Assembly: GCA_965203905.1 (NCBI GenBank)
Contig: CBDBDQ010000005.1
Location: 3,200,001 to 3,264,000 of the forward strand
Direction: 5' to 3'
DNA from: Spirochaetia bacterium
GTDB lineage: Bacteria > Spirochaetota > Spirochaetia > SZUA-6 > Bin103
Length of the DNA: 64,000 bases
The notes below the pieces were generated by a model. That model was not told the origin of the DNA and searched no databases. It saw only the letters and a list, made by a program, of their open reading frames with translations. Shown piece by piece: positions 38,984 to 52,641 of this stretch. How positions within the stretch are numbered: position 1 is the stretch's first letter; the number at the start of each line of letters is the position of its first letter. Made by a program: the position numbers and the translations under genes.

Positions 38984-39181
38984 CGCCGGAGGCGGGATTC
39001 CTGTTCGATCCCGAGCTGTTCCCGGTGCAGCCCGTGCTCAATGGCGTGACCCACCGCGTACCCGGTACCCCGGGGCTGGGCGTCGAGTTCAATGAGGACG
39101 CGCCGGCGGTGAAGAAGGCGTTCGAGTTCCGGGGGGAACCCACACCTGCGCCGCCGCGACGGCTCGCACAACAACTGGTGA
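38977..39181 (+). pseudogene. Diverged duplicate of the enolase-family gene 3' end
   Basis: FDPELFPVQP..GV.HRVP.TPGLGVEFNEDAPAV.KAFEF...CACCTGCGCCG.CGCGACGGCTCGCACA.CAACTGGTGA parallels 34211-34417, with many synonymous changes and a frameshift in a G run. Confidence 0.9.
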
Positions 39182-39204
39182 AGCCGCCGGTACCCACGCA
39201 CCTC

Positions 39205-39233
39205 TTGCAACAAGACGTCTGGACGTCTATCTT
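39205..39233 (+). promoter_or_regulatory. Sigma-70 promoter of the methyltransferase, probably leaderless, with two GACGTC palindromes in the spacer
   Basis: TTGCAA (39205-39210), 17 nt, TATCTT (39228-39233). GTG start at 39240. GACGTC at 39214 and 39222. Confidence 0.6.
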
Positions 39234-39239
39234 GTAAGC

Positions 39240-40388
39240 GTGAGTGAGCAGCCCGCCAGATACGCTCCCGGTCAGGTGCGCGACGCCATCCTGCAGGTGA
39301 TGCGGCTCACGTCCGACGGCTTGACGGCGAAACAGATCGCGGAGCGGGTGGCGCAGATCAACGGTCCCACCCCGGAGTCATCGGTACGGTCGTTCTTGCG
39401 GCTGAACACGCCGGAGCTGTTCCTCAAGGAGCGGCGGGGGGTCTACCGGCTGACAACCGACCGCGACCGCAGTCTGGAGCCGATGCTGCCGGGGATCCTG
39501 ACCTGGGAAGAAGCCTTTCACTTCGGCGATGCAACCCTGGTGCACGGCGACTGCTTCGATTGGCTTGCCGCCCGTCCTGACAACAGCATCCACGCGGTGG
39601 TTACCGACCCACCCTATGGCTTGCAGGAATACACTCCCACCGAGCAGAAGAAGCTGCGGAGCGGGCGCGGGGGAGTGTGGAGGATTCCTCCGTCGTTCGA
39701 CGGGCACACGCGCTCGCCGTTGCCAAGGTTCACCACGCTGAACGATCGGCAACGAGCATACCTGCGCGAGTTTTTTCTGACTTGGACGCGCCTGTTGATC
39801 CCGAAGTTGGTTCCCGGCGCCAACGTCATGGTAGCCTCCAACCCGCTCCTGTCGCATATCGTTGCGGCAGCGATGGCTGACGCTGGGCTTGAACGGCGCG
39901 GCGACATTGTCAGACTGGTCATGACCATGCGGGGTGGAGATCGTCCCAAGGGAGCCCACAAAGAGTTCGCAGATGTCAGCGTGCTTCCCCGCTCGATGTG
40001 GGAACCGTGGGTTCTGTTTCGTAAACCGGTCGAGGGGCGGGTACAGGATAACCTGCGCAAATGGCGCACGGGCGGATTCCGGCGGAAGTCCGATCAATCC
40101 CCATTCGGAGACGTGATAAAGTCGGCTCCGACGCGACGAGCGGAGAAGGAGATCGCTCCGCATCCCAACCTGAAGCCTCAGGCTCTGTTGCGGCAACTCG
40201 TGAGGAGCGCGCTTCCTCTTGGTGAGGGTGTCGTCGTCGATCCGTTCGCAGGATCCGGCTCTACGCTTGCTGCCGCGGAAGCAGTAGGATACGCGTCGGT
40301 CGGCATTGAGAAGGACCCGTATTACTTCCGGATGGCAGCCGACGCAATCCCCGCGTTGGCGCAGATCTCGGTCACGGAGACTGCGTAG
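39240..40388 (+). CDS. N6-adenine/N4-cytosine DNA methyltransferase (beta class) with N-terminal winged-HTH
   Basis: HGDC, VTDPPY (motif IV) before HPNLKP and DPFAGSGST..GIE (motif I). N-terminal VRDAILQVM..GLTAKQIAERV..ESSVRSFL..RRGVYRL. Confidence 0.92.
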   Translation: MSEQPARYAPGQVRDAILQVMRLTSDGLTAKQIAERVAQINGPTPESSVRSFLRLNTPELFLKERRGVYRLTTDRDRSLEPMLPGILTWEEAFHFGDATLVHGDCFDWLAARPDNSIHAVVTDPPYGLQEYTPTEQKKLRSGRGGVWRIPPSFDGHTRSPLPRFTTLNDRQRAYLREFFLTWTRLLIPKLVPGANVMVASNPLLSHIVAAAMADAGLERRGDIVRLVMTMRGGDRPKGAHKEFADVSVLPRSMWEPWVLFRKPVEGRVQDNLRKWRTGGFRRKSDQSPFGDVIKSAPTRRAEKEIAPHPNLKPQALLRQLVRSALPLGEGVVVDPFAGSGSTLAAAEAVGYASVGIEKDPYYFRMAADAIPALAQISVTETA

Positions 40389-40392
40389 TCTA

Positions 40393-41006
40393 CTACAACC
40401 TGTAGAGCCAGCTCTTGCGCAGTTTGGCGACCCCGTGGCGGTCCAACGTCGCGGTTCTGGTGCCCAATTCGCCGCGCGGGTTGCGTCTGAAGTCCGCCGT
40501 CGTGACCTGCGCGAGGTAGACTTCGGTAAACGTCATTGGTACCGATCTCTTACCGGTTCCGTGTCGTTGTCTACGATGTACACGAACACGCACATCCACT
40601 GGTCTCGTGCGCCGTGCGTGTCGACTGCCCCGCCTTTCTTGCGTGTGGTCTTGATCTCCACGCCCTCCGTGCCCGCCTTGACGGAGTTATTCGGGTATAC
40701 GCCCTGAACGACCAGATCAGGATGACCGTTGAAATAGTCGTTCTCGGTCAGCACTCGAGAGTGTTTCGCCAGACTTGCCGTCAGCATGTCGGATAGCACA
40801 CCGGACATGATCGCCGGTCGCAGCATCTCGTCGAGCCGCTCCAGTCCTCGCGCCAGGAGATGCGAGTTGACGTCATGGAAGAAGTCGTACACGTCCTGCA
40901 TTGCCGACTCGAAATCGGTAATGCGAAGCTCGTAGGGAAGGTTACACGACTGATTGAAACTGTCCCGGTCCGCTACATTCCGTGTGAACTCAGGAATCAT
41001 CGACAT
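40393..41006 (-). pseudogene. PD-(D/E)xK restriction-endonuclease-like gene with one frameshift
   Basis: GHPDL...GVEIKTT motif. Frame ends at DRYQ* (40533) but the protein continues in another frame as PMTFTEVYL...RGELGTRTATL. Convergent with the MTase. Confidence 0.68.
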
Positions 41007-41128
41007 ACGTATTCTCGATCAGTCAGACGTTCGACACCCAACAGCGCCGCGGCAGGCGTGGTAACTCGGCCCGCGCTTGCCGCAGCCTGCAGGAGGGGAC
41101 TTCAGGTCGGTGGTGCTCCGGTGTCCGG

Positions 41129-41788
41129 CTACTTCGGCTGGGGGACGACGCGAATGTAGGGTAGCGGAGATTCCCACCCGTCGGGGTAGGTCTCCTTGGC
41201 CGCGTCGTCGGATACGGACGGCAGGATGATCACGTTGTCGCCCTGGTTCCAGTTGGCCGGCGTCGCCACCTGCTTGTTCGCGGTGAGCTGGCAGGAGTCG
41301 AGCAGGCGCAGGATCTCGGCGAAGTTGCGGCCGGTGCTCATCGGGTAGGTCAGCGACGCCTTGATCTTCTTGTCGGGTCCGATCACGAACACCGAGCGCG
41401 CGGTGGCGTTGTCCATCGGCGTACGCCCCTCGCAGGTCTCTCCGGCGTCAGCCGGCAGCATGTCGTACGCCTTCACGATCGACAGGTCGGGATCGCCGAT
41501 CAGCGGGTAGGTGACCGCGTGTCCCTGCGAGGCCTCGATATCCTTCGACCACGCCTGGTGGTCGCTGACGCCGTCGACGCTGATCCCGATCACCTTGCAG
41601 TTGCGCTTGGCGAACTCGCCCTGCAGGCCGGCCATGGTGCCCAGTTCGGTGGTGCACACCGGGGTGAAGTCCTTGGGGTGCGAGAACAGGATGGCCCAGC
41701 CGTCGCCGACCCAGTCGTGGAAGTTGATCCGACCCTGGGTGGTATCGGCGTCGAAATTGGGCGCCTCGTCGTTGATCCTCAGTGCCAT
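41129..41788 (-). CDS. 1-Cys peroxiredoxin (Prx6 family)
   Basis: LFSHPKDFTPVCTTELG, TYPMSTGRNF, VATPANW. AGGAG RBS. Confidence 0.95.
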   Translation of the reverse strand: MALRINDEAPNFDADTTQGRINFHDWVGDGWAILFSHPKDFTPVCTTELGTMAGLQGEFAKRNCKVIGISVDGVSDHQAWSKDIEASQGHAVTYPLIGDPDLSIVKAYDMLPADAGETCEGRTPMDNATARSVFVIGPDKKIKASLTYPMSTGRNFAEILRLLDSCQLTANKQVATPANWNQGDNVIILPSVSDDAAKETYPDGWESPLPYIRVVPQPK

Positions 41789-41928
41789 GTGTCGTCTCCT
41801 CGGAGCCCGGCGCACCGGGTCCTGAATGCTGACTCCAAAATGCCACGATCTCCGCTCACCGGCAAGGTACGGCTGCTTCGGGCCGGCAGGCGGCATGGGT
41901 CGGGCCGCCACTCTCCGGTGTTAGGCAG

Positions 41929-42171
41929 CTAACCGGTGAGCCGGATGCCCAGATGGTCTCGAGCGCACTCCTCGATCTGAAGCATCCTCGCCATGCTGCG
42001 GACGAGCCCTCGTTCGACCGGGTAGTTCGTGGGTTTCCCGTGTGGGCCCTTGGGTAGCTTGCGGTACGTCTTCGAGTTGTAGGTCACCCATACGTGGTGG
42101 AGCTTGGGCGAACGAGTGTGCCCGGGGGCGCACTCGTCCAGCATCTCATAAATGGAGTTGATCTTGATCAA
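41929..42171 (-). CDS. Small basic HicA-like putative toxin
   Basis: 80 aa with helix, HHVWVTY, LPKGPHG and helix (GLVRSMARML) layout resembling the dsRBD-fold HicA. TTG start 4 nt after the upstream stop. Confidence 0.5.
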   Translation of the reverse strand: MIKINSIYEMLDECAPGHTRSPKLHHVWVTYNSKTYRKLPKGPHGKPTNYPVERGLVRSMARMLQIEECARDHLGIRLTG

Positions 42172-42175
42172 ACGG

Positions 42176-42700
42176 TCAGGCTGCCAACAGGCTCGCTTCT
42201 GACGGAGGCGGGATCGCCATGAGGGGCTTGTGGTCTTGATTCTCCCTGGCGTCCTCCACGACCGCAAAGTCCGACCAGTCCGAAGCGTCGTACTTCCGCA
42301 GATCCGGCGCGCCCTCGTCCTGCCCCGACCTCACCCTGTCGAGGGCCTTCTTCCACGACGCCACGGTGACCTCGTCCGTTGTCTGCATGAAGTCCTCGAT
42401 GTGAGCCCTGAACTCCACCACGTTCCTGCTGGATACCATGACGTCTTCCAGGATCTTCGAGATGTCCGAGCGAATGTTGTCGTTCGCCTCAGTGAGGCTG
42501 GCGCCCTCGGCGAACAGGGACCCGGGGTAGACCCCGTCGATCGTGCACGAGTCCGTCTTGGGGTCGATGGTAGCCAGTAGCCGGCCCATCATCACCACGC
42601 AGACGTCGAAGTCCTTTCCCCGCACCTCCTCGACGTGCTTGAACAGCAACGGCCATTCCTGTCCGGGAGGATCCCACTCGGCGCGGCCCACGTTCGTCAT
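42176..42700 (-). CDS. Acidic HicB-like putative antitoxin
   Basis: Central GVYPGSLFAEGASLTEANDNIRS resembles the HicB PG..GxTxxEA motif. Purine-rich RBS GGAAGAGGAAGAGGGG. Confidence 0.5.
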   Translation of the reverse strand: MTNVGRAEWDPPGQEWPLLFKHVEEVRGKDFDVCVVMMGRLLATIDPKTDSCTIDGVYPGSLFAEGASLTEANDNIRSDISKILEDVMVSSRNVVEFRAHIEDFMQTTDEVTVASWKKALDRVRSGQDEGAPDLRKYDASDWSDFAVVEDARENQDHKPLMAIPPPSEASLLAA

Positions 42701-42774
42701 AGGTTCCCCTCTTCCTCTTCCGGTAGCAAGCACAGGACATGCGTGCAACCGAGTGTACCGGAGTGGTACCGACC

Positions 42775-42950
42775 CTGTGAGAACATGTCAAGATTGCGCG
42801 GCAGCAGATCCGGGGCGACACCGCGTCCCTGGTCGGACACGGCAACCGCGACATGGGCGTCCTCGCCACCGCCGCGACCCGGATGGGCGAGGATCCGGCG
42901 CGTGCCGGGCGGCGTTGGCGAAGCTACGCCTATTCCGCGTTGGTGACCCG
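42775..42950 (-). pseudogene. Histidine-kinase ATPase (HATPase_c) fragment
   Basis: VTNA (N box, then stop/frameshift)...HVAVAVSDQGRGVAPDLLPRNLDMFSQG (G1 and F boxes). Confidence 0.55.
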
Positions 42951-43004
42951 TGGCAGGGACCAACGGTTCGCGCTCTGATCGACCTCTGATCGACCAGCGT
43001 GCTG

Positions 43005-43205
43005 TTGACGCGGGTGCGTCGGGCGGGCTATGGTACAGCCATCCTTTAAGCCGGTCCCGCGAGGCCGGCAAGGGTGAACATTGGATACTTTTCGTACGCG
43101 CGTAGACTTGGAACATTCGAACGGCCTGGAGAATCTCCGGCCCGCACTGCGGCGGACCCGATGCTGTCGGTTCCGCAAGCGTTGCGGGAGGCGGAGATTT
43201 TTTTT
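43005..43205 (+). promoter_or_regulatory. pyr operon promoter and PyrR-dependent attenuator leader
   Basis: TTGACG-18-TATGGT. PyrR binding loop CCTTTAAGCCGGTCCCGCGAGGCCGGCAAGG (43043-43073), matching ARUCCNGNGAGGY. Long stem AATCTCCG...CGGAGATT followed by a T8 tract (43198-43205). Confidence 0.8.
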
Positions 43206-43231
43206 GCCCGCTTGGCAACACGGAGTCGACC

Positions 43232-43801
43232 ATGGCTGAGCACCGGCAGCGGCACGCCGAGCGCCGCATTCTCGATGCGGCCGACCTGGCACGCTGCCTG
43301 ACACGGCTGGCTCACGAGGTGGTGGAGCGCAACCGCAGCATCGACCAGGTGGCGTTCGTGGGCATCCGCACCCGCGGCGTGCCGCTGGCACGGCGCCTGC
43401 AGCAGTTGGTACGCGAGATTACCGGCAGCGATCCGCCGCTCGGGATTCTCGACATCAGTCTGTATCGCGACGACCTTAGTCACGTGGCCAGCTCCCCCGT
43501 GGTCGGCAGGACGGAGATCGACTTCGCCCTGGACGAGCGGGTGGTGGTGCTGGTGGACGACGTGCTCTACACCGGGCGCACCACCCGCGCCGCGCTCGAC
43601 GCGCTGGTGGAGTTCGGGCGTCCGCGCCGGATTCAACTGGCCGTGGTGGTCGACCGCGGCCATCGCGAGTACCCGATTCGGGCCGACTACGTGGGCAAGA
43701 ACGTTCCCACCAGCAGTGAGGAGATCGTCCACGTGCGGCTACGCGAGACCGACACCAGGGAGGAGGTGGTCATTGCCTACCGAAACCAGCACCAAGGTTA
43801 A
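43232..43801 (+). CDS. pyrR: Bifunctional pyr operon attenuation protein / uracil phosphoribosyltransferase
   Basis: [58 protein letters not shown]. Confidence 0.97.
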   Translation: MAEHRQRHAERRILDAADLARCLTRLAHEVVERNRSIDQVAFVGIRTRGVPLARRLQQLVREITGSDPPLGILDISLYRDDLSHVASSPVVGRTEIDFALDERVVVLVDDVLYTGRTTRAALDALVEFGRPRRIQLAVVVDRGHREYPIRADYVGKNVPTSSEEIVHVRLRETDTREEVVIAYRNQHQG

Positions 43802-44891
43802 GGTGCGTTCCACTGCGGCGCCGGCCCGACCGCAAACGCAGCGGTCCCGGACCACGACTGCCGGCCCCGCCGCCCAGAGAACCGCCGCTCAGCCGGCCGC
43901 CAAGGTGGCCTGGACACGCAAGGATCTGCTGTCGCTGGAGGTGCTCAGCCGCGGCGAGATCGAGCTGCTGCTGGAGACCGCCGAGTCGTTCAAGGAGGTC
44001 TCCGCGCGCCAGGTGAAGAAGGTGCCTTCGCTGCGCGGCAAGACCATCGCCAACCTGTTCTTCGAGTCCTCCACGCGCACCCGCACCAGCTTCGAGCTGG
44101 CCGCCAAGCGCTTGTCCGCCGACACGGTCAACTTCCAGGGCTCCACCTCCAGCGTGCAGAAGGGGGAGAGCCTGGTCGACACCGCCAAGAACATAGAGGC
44201 GATGCAGGTGGACACGGTGGTGGTGCGGCATTCCTCGTCGGGAGCCGCCGAGCTGCTGGCGCGGGAGCTGGAGGCCAGCGTGGTCAACGCCGGCGACGGC
44301 ATCCACGAGCATCCCACCCAGGGGCTGCTGGACATCTTCACGATCCGCGAGCACCAGGAGCTGGAGGGCCTGCACGTGTGCCTGGTGGGCGACATCCTGC
44401 ATTCGCGGGTGGCGCGCTCCAACCTGTGGGGCCTGCGCAAGCTGGGCGCCCGCGTGACCGTGTGCGGGCCGCCGAGCCTGATCCCGCACGGCATCGAGGA
44501 GCTGGGCGCGGAGGTGTCCTACGACCTGGACGAGGTGATCGAGGAGGCCGACGTCCTCAACCTGCTGCGGATTCAGTTCGAGCGCCAGCGCGGGGCGTTC
44601 TTTCCGTCGGTGCGCGAGTACGCGGTGGAGTACGGCCTGTCGCGGGACCGCCTGCGGCGCGCCAAGGAAGGGCTGCTGGTGCTGCACCCGGGGCCGATAA
44701 ACCGCGGCGTGGAAGTGGCGGCGGAGGTGGCGGACGGTCCCCATTCGCTGATCCTGGACCAGGTGACCAATGGCGTGGCGGTGCGCATGGCGGTGTTGTT
44801 CCACACCACACTGACCCGCGAGGAAGAGGATACGCGGCCACCCGAAGCGGCGCGCGGCCGGCGTGCCGGCGGAGCTCGTGAAGATGGCTGA
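43773..44891 (+). CDS. pyrB: Aspartate carbamoyltransferase catalytic subunit
   Basis: [43 protein letters not shown] start chosen behind GGAGG. Confidence 0.96.
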   Translation: MPTETSTKVKVRSTAAPARPQTQRSRTTTAGPAAQRTAAQPAAKVAWTRKDLLSLEVLSRGEIELLLETAESFKEVSARQVKKVPSLRGKTIANLFFESSTRTRTSFELAAKRLSADTVNFQGSTSSVQKGESLVDTAKNIEAMQVDTVVVRHSSSGAAELLARELEASVVNAGDGIHEHPTQGLLDIFTIREHQELEGLHVCLVGDILHSRVARSNLWGLRKLGARVTVCGPPSLIPHGIEELGAEVSYDLDEVIEEADVLNLLRIQFERQRGAFFPSVREYAVEYGLSRDRLRRAKEGLLVLHPGPINRGVEVAAEVADGPHSLILDQVTNGVAVRMAVLFHTTLTREEEDTRPPEAARGRRAGGAREDG

Positions 44892-46254
44892 CTCCGGTCC
44901 CGGGTCCGGCACGGCGCCGGTGCTGGTGCGCGGCGGCCGGCTGGTGGATCCGGTCCAGGGGGTGGACGAGACGCTCGACCTGCTGGTGCAGGGCGGCCGC
45001 GTGCGGCAGATCGGGAGCGATCTGGGTGCCGCCAATGGCAGCGCCGCGCCGGAGGTGATCGATGCCCGCGGCAAGCTGGTGCTGCCCGGTCTGATCGACA
45101 TCCACGTCCACCTGCGGCAGCCGGGCTTCGAGTACAAGGAGACGATCGAGAGCGGACTGCGCGCCGCCCTGGCCGGGGGCTTTACCGGCGTCTGCCCGAT
45201 GCCGAACACCAACCCGGTGTCCGACACCCGCGCCGACATGGAGTTCCTGCGGCGCGAGGCGCGGCGGCTCGACTTGATCAACCTGTGGCCGGTGGGCGCG
45301 GTCACCGTGCGCCAGGAGGGAGCCAAGCTGACCGAGTTCGGCGAGCTGCGCAACGGCGGCGCGGTGGCGCTGTCCGACGACGGCAACCCGATCGTGTCGT
45401 CGGCGATCATGCGCCGCGCCCTGGAGTACGCCAGGAAGTTCGACCTGCCGCTGCTGCTGCACGAGGAGGATCCCGAGCTGTCGCAGGGCGGTGCGCTGAA
45501 CGAGGGCGTGGTGGCTACCCGCCTGGGACTGATCGGCAGTCCGTGCCAGGCGGAGTCGGGGATGGTGGCGCGCGACCTCGAGATCGTCGCGCTGGCCGGC
45601 GGCCGGGTCCACTTCCAGCACATCTCCTGCGGGCGCTCGGTGGAGCTGATCCGGCAGGCGCGGGCGGCCGGCATCGACGTATCCGCCGAAACCTGTCCCC
45701 ACTACCTGATTCTCACCGAGGACGCGGTGCTGCGCTACAACACCCACGCCAAGATGTACCCGCCGCTGCGCACCGCCGCCGACGTGGCCGCCGTACGCGC
45801 CGGCTTGGCGGACTGCACCATCGACATCGTCGGCAGCGACCACGCGCCCCACGCCGACTATGAGAAGGCGGTGGAGTTCGACCATGCCCCCAACGGCATT
45901 TCCGGGGTGGAGACCATGCTGCCGCTGATGCTGGCGCTGGTGCGGGAAGGGCTGATCGACCTGGAACGGCTGGTGCGGCTGCTGGCGGTGAATCCGGCGC
46001 GCCTGATCGGCGTCGAGCGTGGCAGCCTGCGGGTCGGGGCGGTGGCCGACGTGACCGTGGTCGACCCGGAGGCGGTCTGGGTGTACGACGCGGCGACCGC
46101 CCAGTCGAAGTCGCGCAACTCGCCGTTCTGGGGCCAGACCATGACCGGCCGCGCCAGCGACTGCCTGGTGGGCGGGAAGGTCCGCCTGCGCGACTGCCGC
46201 GTCCTGCAGCCGGACCCGGCGCACGCCGCTGCGGGCGTGGAGGAGCTGGCGTGA
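44884..46254 (+). CDS. pyrC: Dihydroorotase
   Basis: [44 protein letters not shown]. Confidence 0.96.
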   Translation: MADSGPGSGTAPVLVRGGRLVDPVQGVDETLDLLVQGGRVRQIGSDLGAANGSAAPEVIDARGKLVLPGLIDIHVHLRQPGFEYKETIESGLRAALAGGFTGVCPMPNTNPVSDTRADMEFLRREARRLDLINLWPVGAVTVRQEGAKLTEFGELRNGGAVALSDDGNPIVSSAIMRRALEYARKFDLPLLLHEEDPELSQGGALNEGVVATRLGLIGSPCQAESGMVARDLEIVALAGGRVHFQHISCGRSVELIRQARAAGIDVSAETCPHYLILTEDAVLRYNTHAKMYPPLRTAADVAAVRAGLADCTIDIVGSDHAPHADYEKAVEFDHAPNGISGVETMLPLMLALVREGLIDLERLVRLLAVNPARLIGVERGSLRVGAVADVTVVDPEAVWVYDAATAQSKSRNSPFWGQTMTGRASDCLVGGKVRLRDCRVLQPDPAHAAAGVEELA

Positions 46255-47627
46255 ACGACAAGCCCGCACTGCTGGCGCTGGAGGATGGAGCCGTGTTCCC
46301 GGGACGAGCGGTGGGAGCGGACGGCGAGGTCTCCGGGGAGGTGGTGTTCAACACCGCCATGACCGGCTACCAGGAGATCCTCACCGATCCGTCCTACGCC
46401 GGACAGCTCGTCTGCCTGACCTATCCGTTGATCGGCAACTACGGCGTCAACGAAGACGACCCCGAGTCGCGGCAGCCGTGGACCCGCGGCCTGATCGTGC
46501 GCGAGCTGGCCGCCCGCCATTCCAACTGGCGCGCCACCGGCGACCTGGGCAGCTACCTGAAGCGCCACGGGATCGTCGGCATCGACGAGGTCGACACCCG
46601 CGTCAGTACCACCCGGAGGCCGCCCCCTCACCCGCCACCTGCGGCTGCACGGCGCCAAGACCGGGGTGATCTCCACCACCGACCTCGCCCCCGCGTCCCT
46701 GATCGCCAAAGCGCGGCAGGCGCCGAAGCTGGGCGAGCTCGACCTGGTGCGGGAGGTGGCGCCCGGCGCCATCGCCCCGCTGCGGCTGGCCGCGGACTCC
46801 TACGACGTGCTGGCCGACCAGCTCCCGGCGCAGGCGCATGCGGGACGCGGCAAGGCCGACCCGGTTGCAGCAGCCGCGACGGTCGGCGCCGCCACCGGCA
46901 GCGGCGCCGCGACGGCGGTCGTGGCAATCTGCTCCCAGAGAACCGTGATGTGGGGCCTTTAGAATGTTCGAAACGGGATGGTCATACGCGGCGTAAAGAT
47001 CGCGGACCCACCGGAGGCCGGCGCGCATCACGTGGTGGCGATCGACGCCGGCGCCAAGCACCACATCATGCGCCACCTGCGGCGGCGCGGCTGCCGCGTC
47101 ACCGTGGCGGCCCCGGGCCACGAACCTGCCTGACGGCAGTCGCGGATAAGCTTTGCCTCCGCCGCCGAGATCGCGGCCCTGCAGCCGGACGGGCTGTTTC
47201 TCTCCAACGGTCCCGGCGACCCGGAGCAGGCGCCCTACCTGGCGGACACCGTGCGCGAGCTGCTCGACGCCCACCGCGAGCTGCCGGTATTCGGCATCTG
47301 CCTGGGCCTCCAGATCATGAGCCTGGCCCTGGGAGCCAACATCTACAAGCTCAAGTTCGGCCATCACGGCGCCAACCACCCGGTGCGCGAGGAGCGCAGC
47401 GGCGTGATCTCGATCACCAGCCAGAACCACGGCTACGCGGTGGATGCCGAATCGCTGCCCGCGGACCTGCACGTCACCCACGTCAACCTCAACGACGGCA
47501 CCATCGAGGGACTGGAGCACCGCAGCCGTCCGGTGTTCGCGATCCAGTACCACCCGGAGGCCGCCCCCGGCCCCCACGAACGACGCCCAGTACCTGTTCG
47601 ACCGCTTCGTCACCGCCATGGAGCAAC

Positions 47628-47635
<8 letters not shown>
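46251..47635 (+). pseudogene. carA: Carbamoyl-phosphate synthase small (glutaminase) subunit, disrupted
   Basis: [50 protein letters not shown] and QYHPEA are all present. They are interrupted by a 22-nt insertion (46603-46624), TAG 46960, TGA 47131 and a 4-nt duplication near 47576. Confidence 0.92.
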
Positions 47636-50842
<3,207 letters not shown>

Positions 50843-50864
<22 letters not shown>

Positions 50865-51685
50865 CCGAGCGCACCGCGGCCGCACCGGTCCAGGAGCGCT
50901 GCCGGGTGCTCGGCAACCGCGTGGTGGCGCCGGAGCACAACCTGCTGACCGTGGCCACACGCGACATCGGGCGGCGCGCACAGGCGGGCCAGTTCGCCCA
51001 GGTCCGGATCCCCGGCGACGTGGTGTTTCTGCCGCGGCCGTTCAGCTTCCTGGCCGCCGGGGATGACCGCTGCGCCTTCCTGTCGCGGGCGATCGGGCCC
51101 GGCACGCGCGCGCTCGCGGGCCTGGTGGAAGGCACGGAGCTGGAGCTGCTCGGGCCGCTGGGGCGAGGCTTCGATCTGGCCGCGGCCGCTGCCGGTGAGG
51201 TGATCCTGGTAGGCGGCGGCGTAGGGGTGCCGCCGCTGGTGCACGCCGCGGCGGAGCTGGCCCCGCTGACCGGCACGGCGTTGATTGGCGCCGCCCGCGG
51301 CGAGTTCCTGCTCTGTGAGGAGGAGTTCGCGGCCCTCGGCTGGCGCGTGCGGGTGGCCACCGACGACGGCTCGCGCGGCCACCACGGCTTCGTGACCGAG
51401 TTGCTGGAGCGAGCGCTCGCGGCCGCACCCGGGCGGGCGGCGGCGCCCACGACCGTGCTGGCATGCGGCCCCCATCCCATGCTGCACCGCTGCGCCGAGC
51501 TGGCCGCCGCGAGCGGCGCCGCCTGCCAGGTGGCCCTGGAAGAACCGATGGCCTGCGGCTTCGGCGTCTGCCTGGGCTGCGCCATCCGCGTCCACTCCCG
51601 CAACCCCGACGATCCCCCCGGCCCCGCGTACGCCCTGGTCTGCCGCGACGGCCCCGTGTTCCCCGCCGAACAGGTCCTGTGGTAG
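50843..51685 (+). CDS. pyrK: Dihydroorotate dehydrogenase electron transfer subunit
   Basis: [30 protein letters not shown] and [11 protein letters not shown]...VCRDGPVF 2Fe-2S motif. Confidence 0.93.
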
Positions 51686-52641
51686 CTCGCGAGTCGTCAC
51701 TTGCGGTCGGCCTGGGTCCGTTGCTGTTGCCCAATCCAGTGCTGGTGGCATCGGGGACGTTCGGGTACGCCAGCGAATTGGCGGAACTGGTGGATCTGGC
51801 ACGGCTGGGCGGGATCGTGACCAAGACGGTGACCGTGAGACCGCGGCCGGGCAACCCGCCGCCTCGCATCGTGGAGACGCCGTCGGGGATGCTCAACGCC
51901 ATTGGCCTGCAGAACGTGGGTGTCGAGCGGTTCGTGACCGAAAAGCTGCCCTACTTGGCGGAGCTTGATCCGGTGGTGCTGGTGTCGATCATGGGCTACA
52001 CGACCGGCGAATTCGTGGCCCTGGCCGAGCGGCTGGACGGCCTGCCCGGGGTGGGTGGGCTGGAGCTGAACCTGTCCTGTCCCAACGTCGCCTACAGCGC
52101 CGGCGGCGGGGCGAGAATGTTCGCCCACGATCCGGATCTCACCGCCGAAGTGGTGCGTGAGGTGCGTGCGGTTACCGGCCTGCCGGTGGTAGCAAAGCTG
52201 GGACCGGACGTGGCGGACATCGGCGCCATCGGCCAGGCCGCAGAGGCCGCCGGAGCGGATGCGCTGGCGGTGATGAACACCATTCCCGGCATGGTGATCG
52301 ACCTGGAGCGGCGGCGGCCGGTGCTGGCCAACGTGACCGGAGGCCTGTCGGGACCCGCAATCCGGCCGCTGGCGGTGCGGCTCACCTATCAGTTGGTGAG
52401 TGCCGTGAACATCCCGGTGGTGGGCATAGGCGGGATCATGGATTACCGCGATGCGCTGCAGTTCCTGCTGGCCGGGGCGTGCGCGGTGCAGGTCGGCACC
52501 GCCACCTTCACCAACCCGCGCGCCGCGCTCGACGTGCTGGAGGGCCTGGAGCGCTACCTCGACGAAGCCGGCGTGGAGCGGCTCGGCGATCTGATCGGGG
52601 CGGCGCAACCCTCGGCCGCAAAGGAGCAACCTGATGAATAG
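51679..52641 (+). CDS. pyrD: Dihydroorotate dehydrogenase catalytic subunit (family 1B)
   Basis: NPVLVASGTFG, GNPPPRI.ET..GMLNAIGLQN, ELNLSCPN, GGLSGPAI, GIGGI. Confidence 0.95.
   Translation: MVARESSLAVGLGPLLLPNPVLVASGTFGYASELAELVDLARLGGIVTKTVTVRPRPGNPPPRIVETPSGMLNAIGLQNVGVERFVTEKLPYLAELDPVVLVSIMGYTTGEFVALAERLDGLPGVGGLELNLSCPNVAYSAGGGARMFAHDPDLTAEVVREVRAVTGLPVVAKLGPDVADIGAIGQAAEAAGADALAVMNTIPGMVIDLERRRPVLANVTGGLSGPAIRPLAVRLTYQLVSAVNIPVVGIGGIMDYRDALQFLLAGACAVQVGTATFTNPRAALDVLEGLERYLDEAGVERLGDLIGAAQPSAAKEQPDE

Noticed and set aside
46934-46945. 12-bp match CCCAGAGAACCG between a carA insert and pyrB (43873), and an 11-bp match of another insert to about 38345
   Set aside because: Matches this short are expected by chance in 64 kb and are not enough to call a source.
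46960-47133. In-frame TAG and TGA in carA as recoding (pyrrolysine, selenocysteine or alternative code)
   Set aside because: Both stops fall in non-homologous inserted stretches, TAG and TGA end many normal genes here, and two frameshifts would still break the gene.
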